Notes under the pieces: model-generated
What the model saw: only the letters and a program-made list of their open reading frames with translations
Databases searched by the model: none
What the model was told of the DNA's origin: nothing
In this document: positions 1 to 10,147 of the stretch, piece by piece
How the letters are laid out: each line of letters begins with the position of its first letter
How positions within the stretch are numbered: the stretch's first letter is position 1
Translations under genes and position numbers: made by a program
Source of the DNA: Betaproteobacteria bacterium
GTDB taxonomy: Bacteria; Pseudomonadota; Gammaproteobacteria; Burkholderiales; JACQAP01
DNA length: 64,000 bases
Reading direction: 5' to 3'
NCBI GenBank assembly: GCA_016194905.1
Contig: JACQAP010000021.1
Coordinates: 140,942 to 204,941, forward strand

Positions 1-1
1 G

Positions 2-1165
2 GAGCAAAAGAACCGTAAGCTCGAAATCTTCGCAAACGAAGCCTGGCGCGCCGAAGAGAAGTTTCGCGCGTTGGCGGAAGCGGCGAGCGACGCGATCCTG
101 TCTGCCGATCAGGAGGGGATGATCGTCTACGCCAACCCCGCCGCGGAGCGCCTGTTTGACTACACGCGCGCGGAACTTCTCGGGCAGCCGCTGACGGGTC
201 TCATGCCCGAGCGCTTCAGGGCAGCCCATGCGGAGGGGTTTCGACGTTATCTCTCGGGCGCTGCGGCGCGCATTGTCGGGAAGGGGGTCGTGGAACTCAC
301 CGGTCGACGCAAGGATGGCGGTGAATTTCCTATCGAGCTATCCCTTGGCGAATGGCGCGAGGAAACGCAGCATCAATTCACGGCAATTATTCGTGACATC
401 ACCGTTCGCCTGGAAATGGAGCAGCGCATTCGGGCGCTCAACGAGGGCCTCGAACGGCGGGCGGCGGCGCTGGCGGCCGCCAATAAGGAGCTCGAGGCTT
501 TTTCGTACTCGGTATCGCATGACCTGCGCGCGCCGCTGCGCAGCATTGACGGTTTCAGCCTGGCATTGCTCGAAGACTGCGGCGACCAGTTGGACGAACA
601 CGGAAAGCATTACCTGCACAGTGTTAGGGAGTCGGCGCAACACATGGCGCAGCTCATCGACGGTCTACTGACGCTGTCGCGCGTTACCCGGCAGGATCTG
701 CGGCGGGCCGGCGTGGACCTCACGGCATTGGCGCGCAAAATCACCGAGCGGCTGCGTGGCGCGCAGCCTGACCGGCCGATGGAGTGCGTCATTGCGGAGG
801 GGTTGAGGGGCGAGGGCGATGCGCAACTCCTTGAAGTGGCGCTGGGGAACTTGCTCAGCAACGCCTGGAAGTTCACCGGCAAGCGCGAACGCGGCCGCAT
901 CGAGTTCGGAAGGCAGGAAGATGGCAACCGCAACGTCTTCTTCGTGCGTGACAACGGGGCGGGTTTCGATATGAATTATGCAACCAAGCTCTTCGGCGTG
1001 TTCCAACGCCTGCACACGGCGGCGGAATTCGAGGGAACGGGTGTCGGACTGGCCACCGTGCAGCGCGTTATCGATCGCCACGGCGGGCACGTATGGGCGG
1101 AAGGCGCGGTAGGGTCGGGCGCCACCTTTTACTTTACACTGGGCAACAAGGAGATCGCGTCATGA
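2..1165 (+). CDS. PAS-domain sensor histidine kinase (5' end probably outside the window)
   Basis: The frame is open from nt 2, so the listed TTG at 71 is probably internal. H-box FSYSVSHDLRAPLR. HATPase motifs DNGAGFD and GTGVGLA. PAS-like N-terminal part. Confidence 0.85.
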   Translation, partial: EQKNRKLEIFANEAWRAEEKFRALAEAASDAILSADQEGMIVYANPAAERLFDYTRAELLGQPLTGLMPERFRAAHAEGFRRYLSGAAARIVGKGVVELTGRRKDGGEFPIELSLGEWREETQHQFTAIIRDITVRLEMEQRIRALNEGLERRAAALAAANKELEAFSYSVSHDLRAPLRSIDGFSLALLEDCGDQLDEHGKHYLHSVRESAQHMAQLIDGLLTLSRVTRQDLRRAGVDLTALARKITERLRGAQPDRPMECVIAEGLRGEGDAQLLEVALGNLLSNAWKFTGKRERGRIEFGRQEDGNRNVFFVRDNGAGFDMNYATKLFGVFQRLHTAAEFEGTGVGLATVQRVIDRHGGHVWAEGAVGSGATFYFTLGNKEIAS

Positions 1166-1614
1166 TCGAGGATCGATCGATTCTGCTCGTGGAGGACAAT
1201 CCGAAGGACGAGGAATTGACGCTGCGGGCGCTGCGTAAAAATGGGATCTCCAACGAGATTATCGTGGCGCGCGATGGTGTCGAGGCACTGGACTTCCTGT
1301 TCGCGCGCGGTTCACACGCGAAACGCGATCCCAATGCGCTACCGCGGCTTGTACTGCTCGATCTCAAGCTGCCCAAAGTCGACGGGTTCGAGGTTATGCG
1401 GCAATTGCGCACTCACGAGCGCACCAAGCTGCTGCCAGTCGTGATCCTGACAACCTCCAATGAAGAGCAGGATCGCCTTGCCGGCTACCGTAACGGAGCC
1501 AACAGCTACGTGCGCAAGCCGGTTGATTTCAACGAGTTCATGGAGGCAGTACGCCAGCTCGGGCTCTACTGGCTGATTCTGAACGAAGCCCCGCCGGCGC
1601 CCCGGGAGTCTTAG
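1162..1614 (+). CDS. single-domain CheY-like response regulator
   Basis: ATG 1162 overlaps the upstream stop (ATGA). Receiver motifs LLVEDN, LVLLDLKLP, VVILTTS, YVRKP. Confidence 0.85.
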   Translation: MIEDRSILLVEDNPKDEELTLRALRKNGISNEIIVARDGVEALDFLFARGSHAKRDPNALPRLVLLDLKLPKVDGFEVMRQLRTHERTKLLPVVILTTSNEEQDRLAGYRNGANSYVRKPVDFNEFMEAVRQLGLYWLILNEAPPAPRES

Positions 1615-1724
1615 AGGTGTGATTCCGGCTCGCGCGCTCAATGAATCTCATCTTCTTCCGATAGAGCAATCATCGGGTCTGGCTTGGTCGCGCCGTTAAT
1701 GCTGCGCAACTACAGCATGCTTTT

Positions 1725-3515
1725 TTGCCTTTTTTCTCTAAAGGTCCGGTGGATGTTGCCGTTATGGCGCATAGGCCGTTCAACTATCCAGCAGAAAAAA
1801 TGCCCCGGCAATCCATGCGCCTTCTAATCGTCGACGATTCTCCCGCCGACGTCGAACTCCTGCGTTTTGAATTCGAAAGAGAGGGCTATAACCCCGTCTC
1901 TTGTCGTGTGGAGACCGAGAGCGACCTGCGCGACGCATTGCATACTGCGGAGTGGGATATGGTCATCGCGGACGATTCCATGCCGCGCCTCAACTCGATG
2001 CAGGCGCTGAATGCAGTCAAAAAATCCGGACGCGATATTCCATTCATCATCTATTCCGGGACGATGAACCATCGCAACGCTTCGGTTGCGATGCGAGAGG
2101 GTGTGCAGGATTACGTGGTGAAGGGCGATTTTGCCAGACTGATTCCGTCGGTCGAGCGCGAGCTCAAAAACGCAGCCGTACGCAAAGCAATGAAGCGGGC
2201 GGAATCGCACGTCTATCGCCTGGCCTACTACGACCAACTAACCGGTCTGCCGAACCGCAATTATTTTTGTGAGCGCGTCGGCGAGCAACTCAACGCGCAG
2301 CCGGACATGAAAGCGGCAGTGGTATTCGTCGATATCGACAACTTCATGCGGCTCAACAACAGTTTCGGCTACACCATCGGCGATGTGTTGATGCGCCAAG
2401 TCGCCTCCCGTATGGAAGAATGTACCGGCGGAAAAGCACTCCTTGCCCGCCTGCGCGGAGATGAATTCGTGATGTTTGTCGCCGGAACATCGGATAGGTC
2501 TGACATCGAAGTCTTGATGGCCGCCATCACCCGCAGCTTCAGCCGGCCATTCGCTCACGATTCGCTGGAATTCGATCTTGCGGTGAGCATGGGCATCTGC
2601 ATGTACCCTGAAGACGGTCAGGATGCCACGACGCTGATCGCCAACGCCGAGGGCGTAATGTCCGAGGCCAAGGCGGAGACGGGCACTTCTTACAAATATT
2701 ACGACCGCAAAACGGTCGAATTGGCCTCCTGCCGCGTGGCACTGGAAGGGTCGCTGCGCCGCGCAGTGGAGCGCAACGAGTTATTCCTGCAGTACCAGCC
2801 CATCGCTGACGTGCGCACCGGGGCAATTCTGGCGACCGAAGCGCTGGTGCGCTGGAGGCATCCGGAGTTCGGCTTCATGTCCCCGGACAAATTTATCCCG
2901 ATCGCGGACGAAACGGGACTCATCATTTCAATCGGTGAATGGGTATTGAGAGAAGCGTGTCGCCAGACTCGCGCCTGGCACGACCTGGGTTTCCGCGGCT
3001 TGGGCATCTCGGTAAACGTTTCAGCGGTCCAGTTCGCCCAAACCCAATTGCTCACCCAAATCAAGAACGCGCTCAACTATAGCGGCCTTGCGCCGCAGTT
3101 CCTCGAAGTCGAAATTACTGAAAGCGTCCTCATGCGCGATGCAGAAGCGACAGCCTCCACTTTAAAGGCGCTCAAAGACATGGGGGTGTGCATAGCCATG
3201 GACGATTTCGGGACCGGCTACTCCTCGCTTTCCTATCTGAAGCGTTTTCCGATCGACACCTTGAAGATAGATAAATCGTTTACCCAGGATATCTGCGGCA
3301 ACCACGATGGCTCAAGCATCGTGTCCGCGATTGCAGCTCTTGGCCGGAGCCTGGACCTGAATCTGGTGGCGGAGGGCGTGGAGACGTCCGAACAGAGGGA
3401 GTTCCTGGAAACGCAGCAATGCGACCGCATGCAGGGCTATCTGTTGAGTAAGCCACTGCAGTCAGACCACGTTGCACGATTCCTTACCGACATGACGTTG
3501 GGAAGGGAGGCCTGA
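1725..3515 (+). CDS. REC-GGDEF(degenerate)-EAL protein, likely c-di-GMP phosphodiesterase
   Basis: Receiver (LLIVDD, MVIADDSMP). GGDEF domain with RGDEF in place of GGDEF (2454-2468). Intact EAL motifs EALVRW, DDFGTGYSSL, KIDKSF. Start uncertain (TTG 1725, ATG 1764 or ATG 1800). Confidence 0.85.
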   Translation: MPFFSKGPVDVAVMAHRPFNYPAEKMPRQSMRLLIVDDSPADVELLRFEFEREGYNPVSCRVETESDLRDALHTAEWDMVIADDSMPRLNSMQALNAVKKSGRDIPFIIYSGTMNHRNASVAMREGVQDYVVKGDFARLIPSVERELKNAAVRKAMKRAESHVYRLAYYDQLTGLPNRNYFCERVGEQLNAQPDMKAAVVFVDIDNFMRLNNSFGYTIGDVLMRQVASRMEECTGGKALLARLRGDEFVMFVAGTSDRSDIEVLMAAITRSFSRPFAHDSLEFDLAVSMGICMYPEDGQDATTLIANAEGVMSEAKAETGTSYKYYDRKTVELASCRVALEGSLRRAVERNELFLQYQPIADVRTGAILATEALVRWRHPEFGFMSPDKFIPIADETGLIISIGEWVLREACRQTRAWHDLGFRGLGISVNVSAVQFAQTQLLTQIKNALNYSGLAPQFLEVEITESVLMRDAEATASTLKALKDMGVCIAMDDFGTGYSSLSYLKRFPIDTLKIDKSFTQDICGNHDGSSIVSAIAALGRSLDLNLVAEGVETSEQREFLETQQCDRMQGYLLSKPLQSDHVARFLTDMTLGREA

Positions 3516-3732
3516 ATAGCAGTCTGTCCTGCGAAAGAGAGATGCTTTGTAAGAAAAGCCCTACAACGCTTGTAGATTGGTCCGTACAGCAGATTTGGCT
3601 GGCGGCTACTTCTACTCACCCGGATCTTCGCGTCCAATGTCGTCAACGAGAGACACCGTCGTCGGGTACAGACAAGACCGCGCACAACTCTCACTTCAAG
3701 CAAATCCGAGGGTTGCCTTAAGGGGATGCAAA

Positions 3733-4050
3733 ATGAACAAAGACAAACTGTTCGATGAAATCCGCGACGCGAACCTCAACTATCTGCTGCTTGCGCAGAG
3801 TCTGATCCGGGAAGACCGCGACGCGGCGATCTACCGCCTGGGCGTCAGCGATGAACTGGCGGAACTGCTGGAGACGCTCAGTCCCGCGCAACTCATGAAA
3901 ATCGCTTCGTCTACTACATTGCTCTGCCGCCTGCGTTATGACGACCGGCTTATCCTCGACATGCTGGTCAGCCATACCAAGGACAAGCCCATGGCGCGTA
4001 CCCATGCGGCGATTCTGAGCGCCAGTCGCCCGGTAGAAGGCCTGGCCTGA
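3733..4050 (+). CDS. flhD: flagellar master regulator subunit FlhD
   Basis: ATG 3733 preceded by AAGGGGA. MNKDKLFDEIRDANLNYLLLAQSLI... is an FlhD-type sequence. flhC follows directly. Confidence 0.9.
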   Translation: MNKDKLFDEIRDANLNYLLLAQSLIREDRDAAIYRLGVSDELAELLETLSPAQLMKIASSTTLLCRLRYDDRLILDMLVSHTKDKPMARTHAAILSASRPVEGLA

Positions 4051-4086
4051 TCCAATCCAGCCGACTGCAGCGATCGAGCCGCGGCC

Positions 4087-4638
4087 ATGGCCGGCAAGAG
4101 CATCATCAACGAGGCGCATCAGATCGAGCTCGCCATCGAGCTGATCGAGCTTGGAGCAAGACTTCAGGTGCTGGAAGTCGAGACCTCGCTAAGTCGTGAG
4201 CGGCTGCTGCGCCTGTACAAGGAAGTCAAAGGCGTATCACCTCCCAAGGGCATGCTGCCTTTTTCGACGGACTGGTTCGTCACCTGGCAGCCGAACATCC
4301 ATGCCTCCCTCTTCATGGAAATCCAGCGTTTCCTGCTCGCAAATACCCGAACACGCGGCATCGCGGCGACCATCAAGGCCTTCAAGCTTTACCTGGAACA
4401 TGCGTCCATCGATGGAATGGACCCCATTCTTACGTTTACCCGCGCGTGGACGCTGCAGCGTTATTTCGATTCCAGGCTGCTCGCGCTGAAATCGTGCAAA
4501 AAATGCGCGGGCCGTTTCGTCGTCAACTCACTGGATCTGCATAGCCACTACATCTGCGGCCTTTGCGCGCCGCCTTCACGCGCCGGCAAGACACGTAAGG
4601 CCGCCGTTACCGCTGAACTCGTTGGTTCGCAATCCTAA
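4087..4638 (+). CDS. flhC: flagellar master regulator subunit FlhC
   Basis: FlhC-type N-terminus (SIINEAHQIELAIELIELGARL). Zinc-site cysteines CKKC...CGLC. Confidence 0.9.
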   Translation: MAGKSIINEAHQIELAIELIELGARLQVLEVETSLSRERLLRLYKEVKGVSPPKGMLPFSTDWFVTWQPNIHASLFMEIQRFLLANTRTRGIAATIKAFKLYLEHASIDGMDPILTFTRAWTLQRYFDSRLLALKSCKKCAGRFVVNSLDLHSHYICGLCAPPSRAGKTRKAAVTAELVGSQS

Positions 4639-4760
4639 TTTTCCCCAGCCTTGCGGCGGATTAGCCGGGGGTTTTCCTCGCTTTTCCGGGTATTGACCGG
4701 AGTGGACGGCTGCTAGTCTGCCCATCAGTTTCAATAATCCGCATCCTGGAATCGCAATCA

Positions 4761-5621
4761 ATGCTGGTCGTCATCGGCTACATTCTCGTCTGCCTGTCGG
4801 TCTTCGGCGGATTTGCTCTGGGAGGCGGCCATCTTGCCGCGCTCCTGCAGCCCATCGAGCTGCTGATGATCGGTGGCGCAGCTTTGGGGGCGTTCTTCGT
4901 CGGCAATTCGATGAAGGGCATCAAGGCCACATTCCGCAGCATACCGTCCCTGTTCAAGGGCTCGCGCTACGGCAAGGTGCTGTACATGCAGCTCATGGGA
5001 TTGCTCTATGAGGTGCTGGCCAAGGTTCGCAAGGAAGGGCTGATGTCGATCGAATCGGATGTCGAAAATCCCAAGGAAAGCCCGATATTCTCCAAATATT
5101 CGAAGATTCTCGACGATCACCACGCCGTTGAGTTTCTGACCGATTATCTGAGGCTGATGGTCAGCGGCAATCTGAATGCCTTCGAAATCGAGAACCTGAT
5201 GGACAATGAAATCGAGACCCATCATCGCGAAGGCGAGATGCCGGTGCACATAATCCAGAAATTGGGCGATGGGCTGCCGGCGTTCGGTATCGTCGCCGCC
5301 GTCATGGGCGTGGTGCACACCATGGCCTCGGTCGGCCTGCCCCCCTCGGAGTTGGGCATGCTGATCGCGCACGCGCTGGTCGGAACATTTCTGGGCATCC
5401 TGCTCGCTTATGGTTTCGTCGGCCCGCTTTCGACGTTGCTCGAGCAGAAGCTCCACGAATCGAGTAAACCGCTGGAATGCATCAAGGTCACGCTGCTGGC
5501 GAGCTTGAACGGCTATGCGCCCGCGCTGGCGGTCGAGTTCGGGCGCAAGGTGCTCTTCTCCACCGAGCGGCCTTCGTTTTCCGAGCTTGAGGATCACGTC
5601 AAGCAGGCCAAGAAAAAATAG
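4761..5621 (+). CDS. motA: flagellar stator protein MotA
   Basis: 286 aa with four hydrophobic helices. MotA-type sequence (MLVVIGYILV..., PPSELGMLIAHALVGTFLGILLAYGFV). Confidence 0.9.
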   Translation: MLVVIGYILVCLSVFGGFALGGGHLAALLQPIELLMIGGAALGAFFVGNSMKGIKATFRSIPSLFKGSRYGKVLYMQLMGLLYEVLAKVRKEGLMSIESDVENPKESPIFSKYSKILDDHHAVEFLTDYLRLMVSGNLNAFEIENLMDNEIETHHREGEMPVHIIQKLGDGLPAFGIVAAVMGVVHTMASVGLPPSELGMLIAHALVGTFLGILLAYGFVGPLSTLLEQKLHESSKPLECIKVTLLASLNGYAPALAVEFGRKVLFSTERPSFSELEDHVKQAKKK

Positions 5622-5661
5622 CGCAGCACCGGCACGCGCGCCAAACCCGGGAAATACAATC

Positions 5662-6630
5662 GTGTCAGACGAAAGCCAGCGACCGATCATCATCAAGCGC
5701 CGCAAGGTTACCCAGGGCGGCGCGCACGGCGGTGCCTGGAAGATCGCCTATGCCGACTTCGTCACGGCGATGATGGCGTTCTTTCTGCTCATGTGGTTGC
5801 TGGGATCGACCACCAGAGGCGAACTCGAAGGCATCGCGGATTATTTCAAGAATCCACTGCGACTGACCACACAGGGAGGCAGCGGCGCCGGGGACGCTTC
5901 AAGTGTGATCAAGGGCGGCGGCAAGGATCTCACCCGACGTGCGGGCGAGATGGCCCGCGGGGAGATTCGCGACCGCAAGCGCCCGATCGATCTCAAGGCG
6001 GCGCGGGCCGAGCTGGAGAAGATCGAAATGGCGCGGCTGGAAGATCTGAAAGGCAAGCTCGACGCCGTAATCGACGCCAATCCCGCGCTGCAGATTTATC
6101 GCCGGCAATTGCTGATAGACATCACGACCGAAGGTCTGCGCATCCAGATCGTCGATGAAAAGAACCGGCCGATGTTCGAACTCGGCCGGGCTCAACTGCT
6201 GCCGCATACCAAGGATATCCTGCACGAAATCGGCAAGGTATTGAATGACGTGCCGAATCGCATCAGCCTCTCCGGGCACACCGACGCAACCCCGTATTAC
6301 GGCGGCGAGCGCGGGTACAGCAACTGGGAACTCTCGACGGATCGGGCCAATGCGTCCCGGCGCGAACTCATCGCGGGAGGGATGCGAGAGGACAAGGTCA
6401 TGCGGGTGGTCGGCCTTTCATCCGCCGTGCTGTTCGACAAAGCCGATCCGCTCAATCCGATCAATCGCCGCATCAGTGTCATCGTCATGAAGAAACGCAC
6501 CGAAGATACCGTGAGCAACGATGGCCAGCAGGTCGACGTCGGGCAGGGCGAACCGCCTGATCCGGCCGCGCTGATTCCTCAGGCACCGATGCCGCAGACG
6601 GCCGCACCGGACGCTCAACCGAAACAATAG
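5662..6630 (+). CDS. motB: flagellar stator protein MotB (OmpA-like C-terminus)
   Basis: GTG 5662 inside the longer ORF. N-terminal AWKIAYADFVTAMMAFFLLMWLL plug/TM. C-terminal OmpA-like SGHTDATPY...NWELSTDRA. Confidence 0.88.
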   Translation: MSDESQRPIIIKRRKVTQGGAHGGAWKIAYADFVTAMMAFFLLMWLLGSTTRGELEGIADYFKNPLRLTTQGGSGAGDASSVIKGGGKDLTRRAGEMARGEIRDRKRPIDLKAARAELEKIEMARLEDLKGKLDAVIDANPALQIYRRQLLIDITTEGLRIQIVDEKNRPMFELGRAQLLPHTKDILHEIGKVLNDVPNRISLSGHTDATPYYGGERGYSNWELSTDRANASRRELIAGGMREDKVMRVVGLSSAVLFDKADPLNPINRRISVIVMKKRTEDTVSNDGQQVDVGQGEPPDPAALIPQAPMPQTAAPDAQPKQ

Positions 6631-6638
6631 GGACGATC

Positions 6639-7427
6639 ATGTCCGCCGCGACCAAACCTTCCCGGCCTGCGCCCACGGCTTACCCGTCGCCATTGTGGCG
6701 CGCACTCGCATCACAAGTGGCTGGCTTGATTTCAGTCATCCTTGTCGGCGCGCTCTGGTCCCTGGCAGTCGGCACCGGAATCCCGACTCCGCTATGGACA
6801 CTGCTGCTGTCGCTATGCGCCGGGGCAATGGCCGCCGTTCTTGGTCTGGCATGGTGGTGGATCGTGCTGAATCTGGTCTTCGCGCCTGCGGTGGCGATTG
6901 GCGTTGCCGCTTCGCTGCCGCCGCACTGGTCGGCCGCGGCACTGATTGCGCTGGTATTGGTATATGGCGGCACGCAAGGCACGCGCGTGCCGCTCTATCT
7001 CTCGAACTCCGCGGCGGTGCGCGCGCTCCGCGACCTGGTGCCGACGGACCGGCCGCTATGGTTTCTGGATGTTGGCGCCGGTACCGGAACAGTGCTCGCC
7101 GCCATCGCATCCAGCCATTCCAATGTTGCAGTCCGGGGCGTCGAGCGTGCCCCGATTCCTTTTTTACTGGCATTTCTGCGCGCCATGTTCTGTCGACGGC
7201 GCTATCGGGTCCGTTGGGGAAATTTGTGGTCGACCGATCTGTCGGGCCATGACGTCGTGTATGCCTACCTGTCCCCGGCGCCGATGTCGTCGCTATGGGA
7301 AAAGGCGCGCCGTGAAATGCGCCCCGGCTCGCTGCTGGTGAGTTTTCGTTTCATCATTCCCGGCGTTGTGCCTGCGAGGACGATCGGCGCCGGCAGCAAC
7401 TGCCTTTACGTGTGGCGCTTGCCATGA
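6639..7427 (+). CDS. membrane-anchored class I SAM-methyltransferase-like protein
   Basis: About 100 aa of hydrophobic helices, then SAM motif I-like FLDVGAGTGTVLAAI. Stop overlaps the next start (ATGA). The family call rests on this motif only. Confidence 0.55.
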   Translation: MSAATKPSRPAPTAYPSPLWRALASQVAGLISVILVGALWSLAVGTGIPTPLWTLLLSLCAGAMAAVLGLAWWWIVLNLVFAPAVAIGVAASLPPHWSAAALIALVLVYGGTQGTRVPLYLSNSAAVRALRDLVPTDRPLWFLDVGAGTGTVLAAIASSHSNVAVRGVERAPIPFLLAFLRAMFCRRRYRVRWGNLWSTDLSGHDVVYAYLSPAPMSSLWEKARREMRPGSLLVSFRFIIPGVVPARTIGAGSNCLYVWRLP

Positions 7428-8932
7428 TTCTGGATGCGAACGGACGCCATCCGATCGAGCGCTGGATAGAGGTCATGAGCGCTGCGCAACTGCCGGTGCT
7501 CGGGCAGACCTTGCGCCAGATTTCGAAGCTGCGCGCGGACGAAGAGAACGTGCGCCCGCGCGATCTTTCCCAGGTCGTGCTGCACGATCCGTTGATGGCG
7601 CTGCGGGTATTGCGTTTCCTGAAGGATCGGCAGAGTGAGCGCGCAATGGTCGAAATCACCACCATCGAGCATGCAATCATGATGCTCGGCGTGTCTCCAT
7701 TCTTCCGTACGTTTACCAACTTGCGCTCACTGGATGCCGATCTCGCGTCCAAGAAAGTGGCGATGCAGGGTTTGATCGCCGTAGTAGGTCGGGCCCGCCA
7801 TGCGGCGCTGCATGCGCGGGAGTGGGCGCGCCTGCGCCACGACATCGAATCCGACGAAGTGGTCATCGCCACGCTGTTGCACGACATGGCGGAGATGTTG
7901 CTCTGGTATTTTGCTCCGTCGCAGGCGGAAGATATCGAGGCGCGCCTCGCAGCCGATGCGACCCAGCGCAGCGTCGATGTCCAGAACGCGGTCCTCGGCT
8001 TCGGTCTCAATGAATTGCAGCTCGCACTGGCGACGGCCTGGAGGCTGCCGCCGCTGATCACGTCGCTGATGGACGATTATCGCGCCGAGCGGCCGCGCGC
8101 CCGCAACGTGTTGTTGGCAGTGAATCTGACACGCCATTCCAACAACGGCTGGGAAGATGCGGCCCTGCCCGACGACATCGACGCGATTCGCCGGCTGATC
8201 GGACGCCCTCTGCTGGAGGTGAAGCAGCGCATATTTCATACCGCGCTGGAAGCCGGGCGGGATCATGAATGGTATGGCGACCGCGCGCCAGCGATGTGGC
8301 TGCCGCCGTTCCCGCTGGATATCGATAGCGCAGAGACGATACCCAGGCCGCGTTTTTCCAGTTCGATATATAACCGCGTCAGACGCATGCTGGTCGCCGA
8401 TGCCGATGAAGACCTGGTCAATTGGGCCGCCTCCGGCACACCGAACCCGGCCGGTCCTTCGCCCAGTCTCGCAGCGCTGGTGGCGTTGACGTTTCATGGC
8501 CTTTACAAGGGCGTCGGTCTTACGCGACAGATTTTCTACAGCCTTGACGAATCGGGAACGCTGGCGCGTGCGCGTTACCTCGGCGGGATACGCGACAGCA
8601 GCAAACTGGCGCGTCACGCGCTCCCGATCGGGTTGGCGAATCCGCTTACGCGCAGGCTGGCGGAAAGCGGCGCGGTATGGTGGCGGGGTTTGGCGGACGA
8701 GGTGCCGTTGACCGACCTGACGCGCGAATGGCGCGTCGTGGGCGGCGGCGAAGGATTCTTTGCCGGCATGATCCGCACAGCGGACGGCCGCGGCGCACTG
8801 CTGTATTGCGACGCCAACAAAGGTTCCATGCTCCTCAATGAGGAGAGATTCAACCAGTTCTGCGAAATCTGCGGGTTGTTGAGCGTCAAGATGGCGGGCC
8901 CGATTCCCGAACCGGCTGATCCCGCCGCCTAA
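7424..8932 (+). CDS. HDOD-domain signalling protein with uncharacterised C-terminal half
   Basis: HDOD-like motifs ([42 protein letters not shown]). ATG 7424 is coupled to the upstream stop. GTG 7412 is an alternative start. Confidence 0.7.
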   Translation: MILDANGRHPIERWIEVMSAAQLPVLGQTLRQISKLRADEENVRPRDLSQVVLHDPLMALRVLRFLKDRQSERAMVEITTIEHAIMMLGVSPFFRTFTNLRSLDADLASKKVAMQGLIAVVGRARHAALHAREWARLRHDIESDEVVIATLLHDMAEMLLWYFAPSQAEDIEARLAADATQRSVDVQNAVLGFGLNELQLALATAWRLPPLITSLMDDYRAERPRARNVLLAVNLTRHSNNGWEDAALPDDIDAIRRLIGRPLLEVKQRIFHTALEAGRDHEWYGDRAPAMWLPPFPLDIDSAETIPRPRFSSSIYNRVRRMLVADADEDLVNWAASGTPNPAGPSPSLAALVALTFHGLYKGVGLTRQIFYSLDESGTLARARYLGGIRDSSKLARHALPIGLANPLTRRLAESGAVWWRGLADEVPLTDLTREWRVVGGGEGFFAGMIRTADGRGALLYCDANKGSMLLNEERFNQFCEICGLLSVKMAGPIPEPADPAA

Positions 8933-8956
8933 ATTTCCGTTATTGCATGCCGTTAT
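8930..8956 (+). promoter_or_regulatory. sigma-28 (FliA)-type promoter upstream of cheY
   Basis: TAAATTTC-N11-GCCGTTAT versus consensus TAAAGTTT-N11-GCCGATAA. About 40 nt upstream of the cheY ATG. Confidence 0.5.
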
Positions 8957-8994
8957 GCAGGGTAACCGAACATCTGCTCAATCCGGAGAGACAA

Positions 8995-9396
8995 ATGACT
9001 GACAAGAATATGAAATTCCTGGTCGTGGACGATTTTTCCACGATGCGGAGGATTGTCCGGAACCTGCTCAAGGAACTTGGTTTCGGCAACGTCGACGAGG
9101 CTGAAGACGGCGCCATTGCGTTGCAGAAGCTGAAGGCCGGCGAATTCGATTTCGTGATCTCCGACTGGAACATGCCGAATATGGATGGACTGACGCTGTT
9201 GCAGTCGATTCGTGCCGATGAGAGTCTGAAAAAACTTCCGGTACTGATGGTGACCGCTGAAGCGAAGAAGGAAAACATCGTTGCGGCCGCGCAGGCCGGC
9301 GCCAACGGCTACGTGGTCAAGCCGTTCACGGCTGCGACGCTGGACGAGAAGCTCAACAAGATTTTCCAGAATATGGAAACGCAGGCCGCCGCCTGA
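8995..9396 (+). CDS. cheY: chemotaxis response regulator CheY
   Basis: [24 protein letters not shown]...[12 protein letters not shown]...ANGYVVKPF is a classical CheY sequence. GGAGAG RBS. Confidence 0.92.
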   Translation: MTDKNMKFLVVDDFSTMRRIVRNLLKELGFGNVDEAEDGAIALQKLKAGEFDFVISDWNMPNMDGLTLLQSIRADESLKKLPVLMVTAEAKKENIVAAAQAGANGYVVKPFTAATLDEKLNKIFQNMETQAAA

Positions 9397-9431
9397 ATCC
9401 GGCTCGCGCCGCATGCTGAGAAAAAACCAAA

Positions 9432-10118
9432 ATGACCCAGCCCTCCGCCATGGTTGACACCGTCGAGCAGTACTTCCAGTCCGCGCAGACTCCGTTGGAA
9501 GAAGCCTATCCCGGCGAGCGTCTGCTGTCCAAGGTCGGCCAGATGACCCGGTCGCTGCACGACAGTCTGCGCGAATTGGGCTACGACAAGGTCCTCGAGA
9601 AAGCAGCCGCGCAGATCCCCGATGCGCGCGATCGCATGTCGTACATCGCCAGCATGACCGAGAAAGCCGCCGAGCGCGCGCTGACCGCCACCGAAATCGC
9701 ACGACCGATCCAGGACGGACTTTCCAACGATGCGGCCAGTCTGGATGAACGTTGGCAGGAGTTGTTCGACGGGAAACTTTCGCTGGAACAGTTCAGGCAA
9801 CTGGTTGCCGATACCCGCCGATTCCTGACGCAAGTGCCGTCCCGGGCCGAGGCGACCAATGCCCAGCTGATGGAGATCATGATGGCCCAGGATTTCCAGG
9901 ACCTTACCGGTCAGGTGATCAAGCGGGTGACAGCCGTGACTCATGATCTCGAAAGCCAGCTCGTGCAGTTGCTGGTGGACAACGTTCCCTCCGGGCATCG
10001 CGCCGACGCGAATTCCCCCGGCCTCCTCAATGGCCCGGTCATCAAGGCCGATGGCCGTTCGGATGTCGTCACCGATCAGAAACAGGTCGACGATTTGCTG
10101 GAAAGCCTCGGATTCTAG
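9432..10118 (+). CDS. cheZ: CheY-P phosphatase CheZ
   Basis: 228 aa located after cheY. CheZ-type helical core ([12 protein letters not shown]) and C-terminal CheY-binding peptide [11 protein letters not shown]. Confidence 0.88.
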   Translation: MTQPSAMVDTVEQYFQSAQTPLEEAYPGERLLSKVGQMTRSLHDSLRELGYDKVLEKAAAQIPDARDRMSYIASMTEKAAERALTATEIARPIQDGLSNDAASLDERWQELFDGKLSLEQFRQLVADTRRFLTQVPSRAEATNAQLMEIMMAQDFQDLTGQVIKRVTAVTHDLESQLVQLLVDNVPSGHRADANSPGLLNGPVIKADGRSDVVTDQKQVDDLLESLGF

Positions 10119-10147
10119 AATCCGGGAGGGCCGCACGGACCGACAAC

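Noticed and set aside
4758-5705. 315-aa ORF on the minus strand
   Set aside because: It is fully antisense to the well-supported motA gene. Its Arg/Gln/Asp-rich composition is typical of shadow ORFs in GC-rich DNA, and it has no recognisable motifs.
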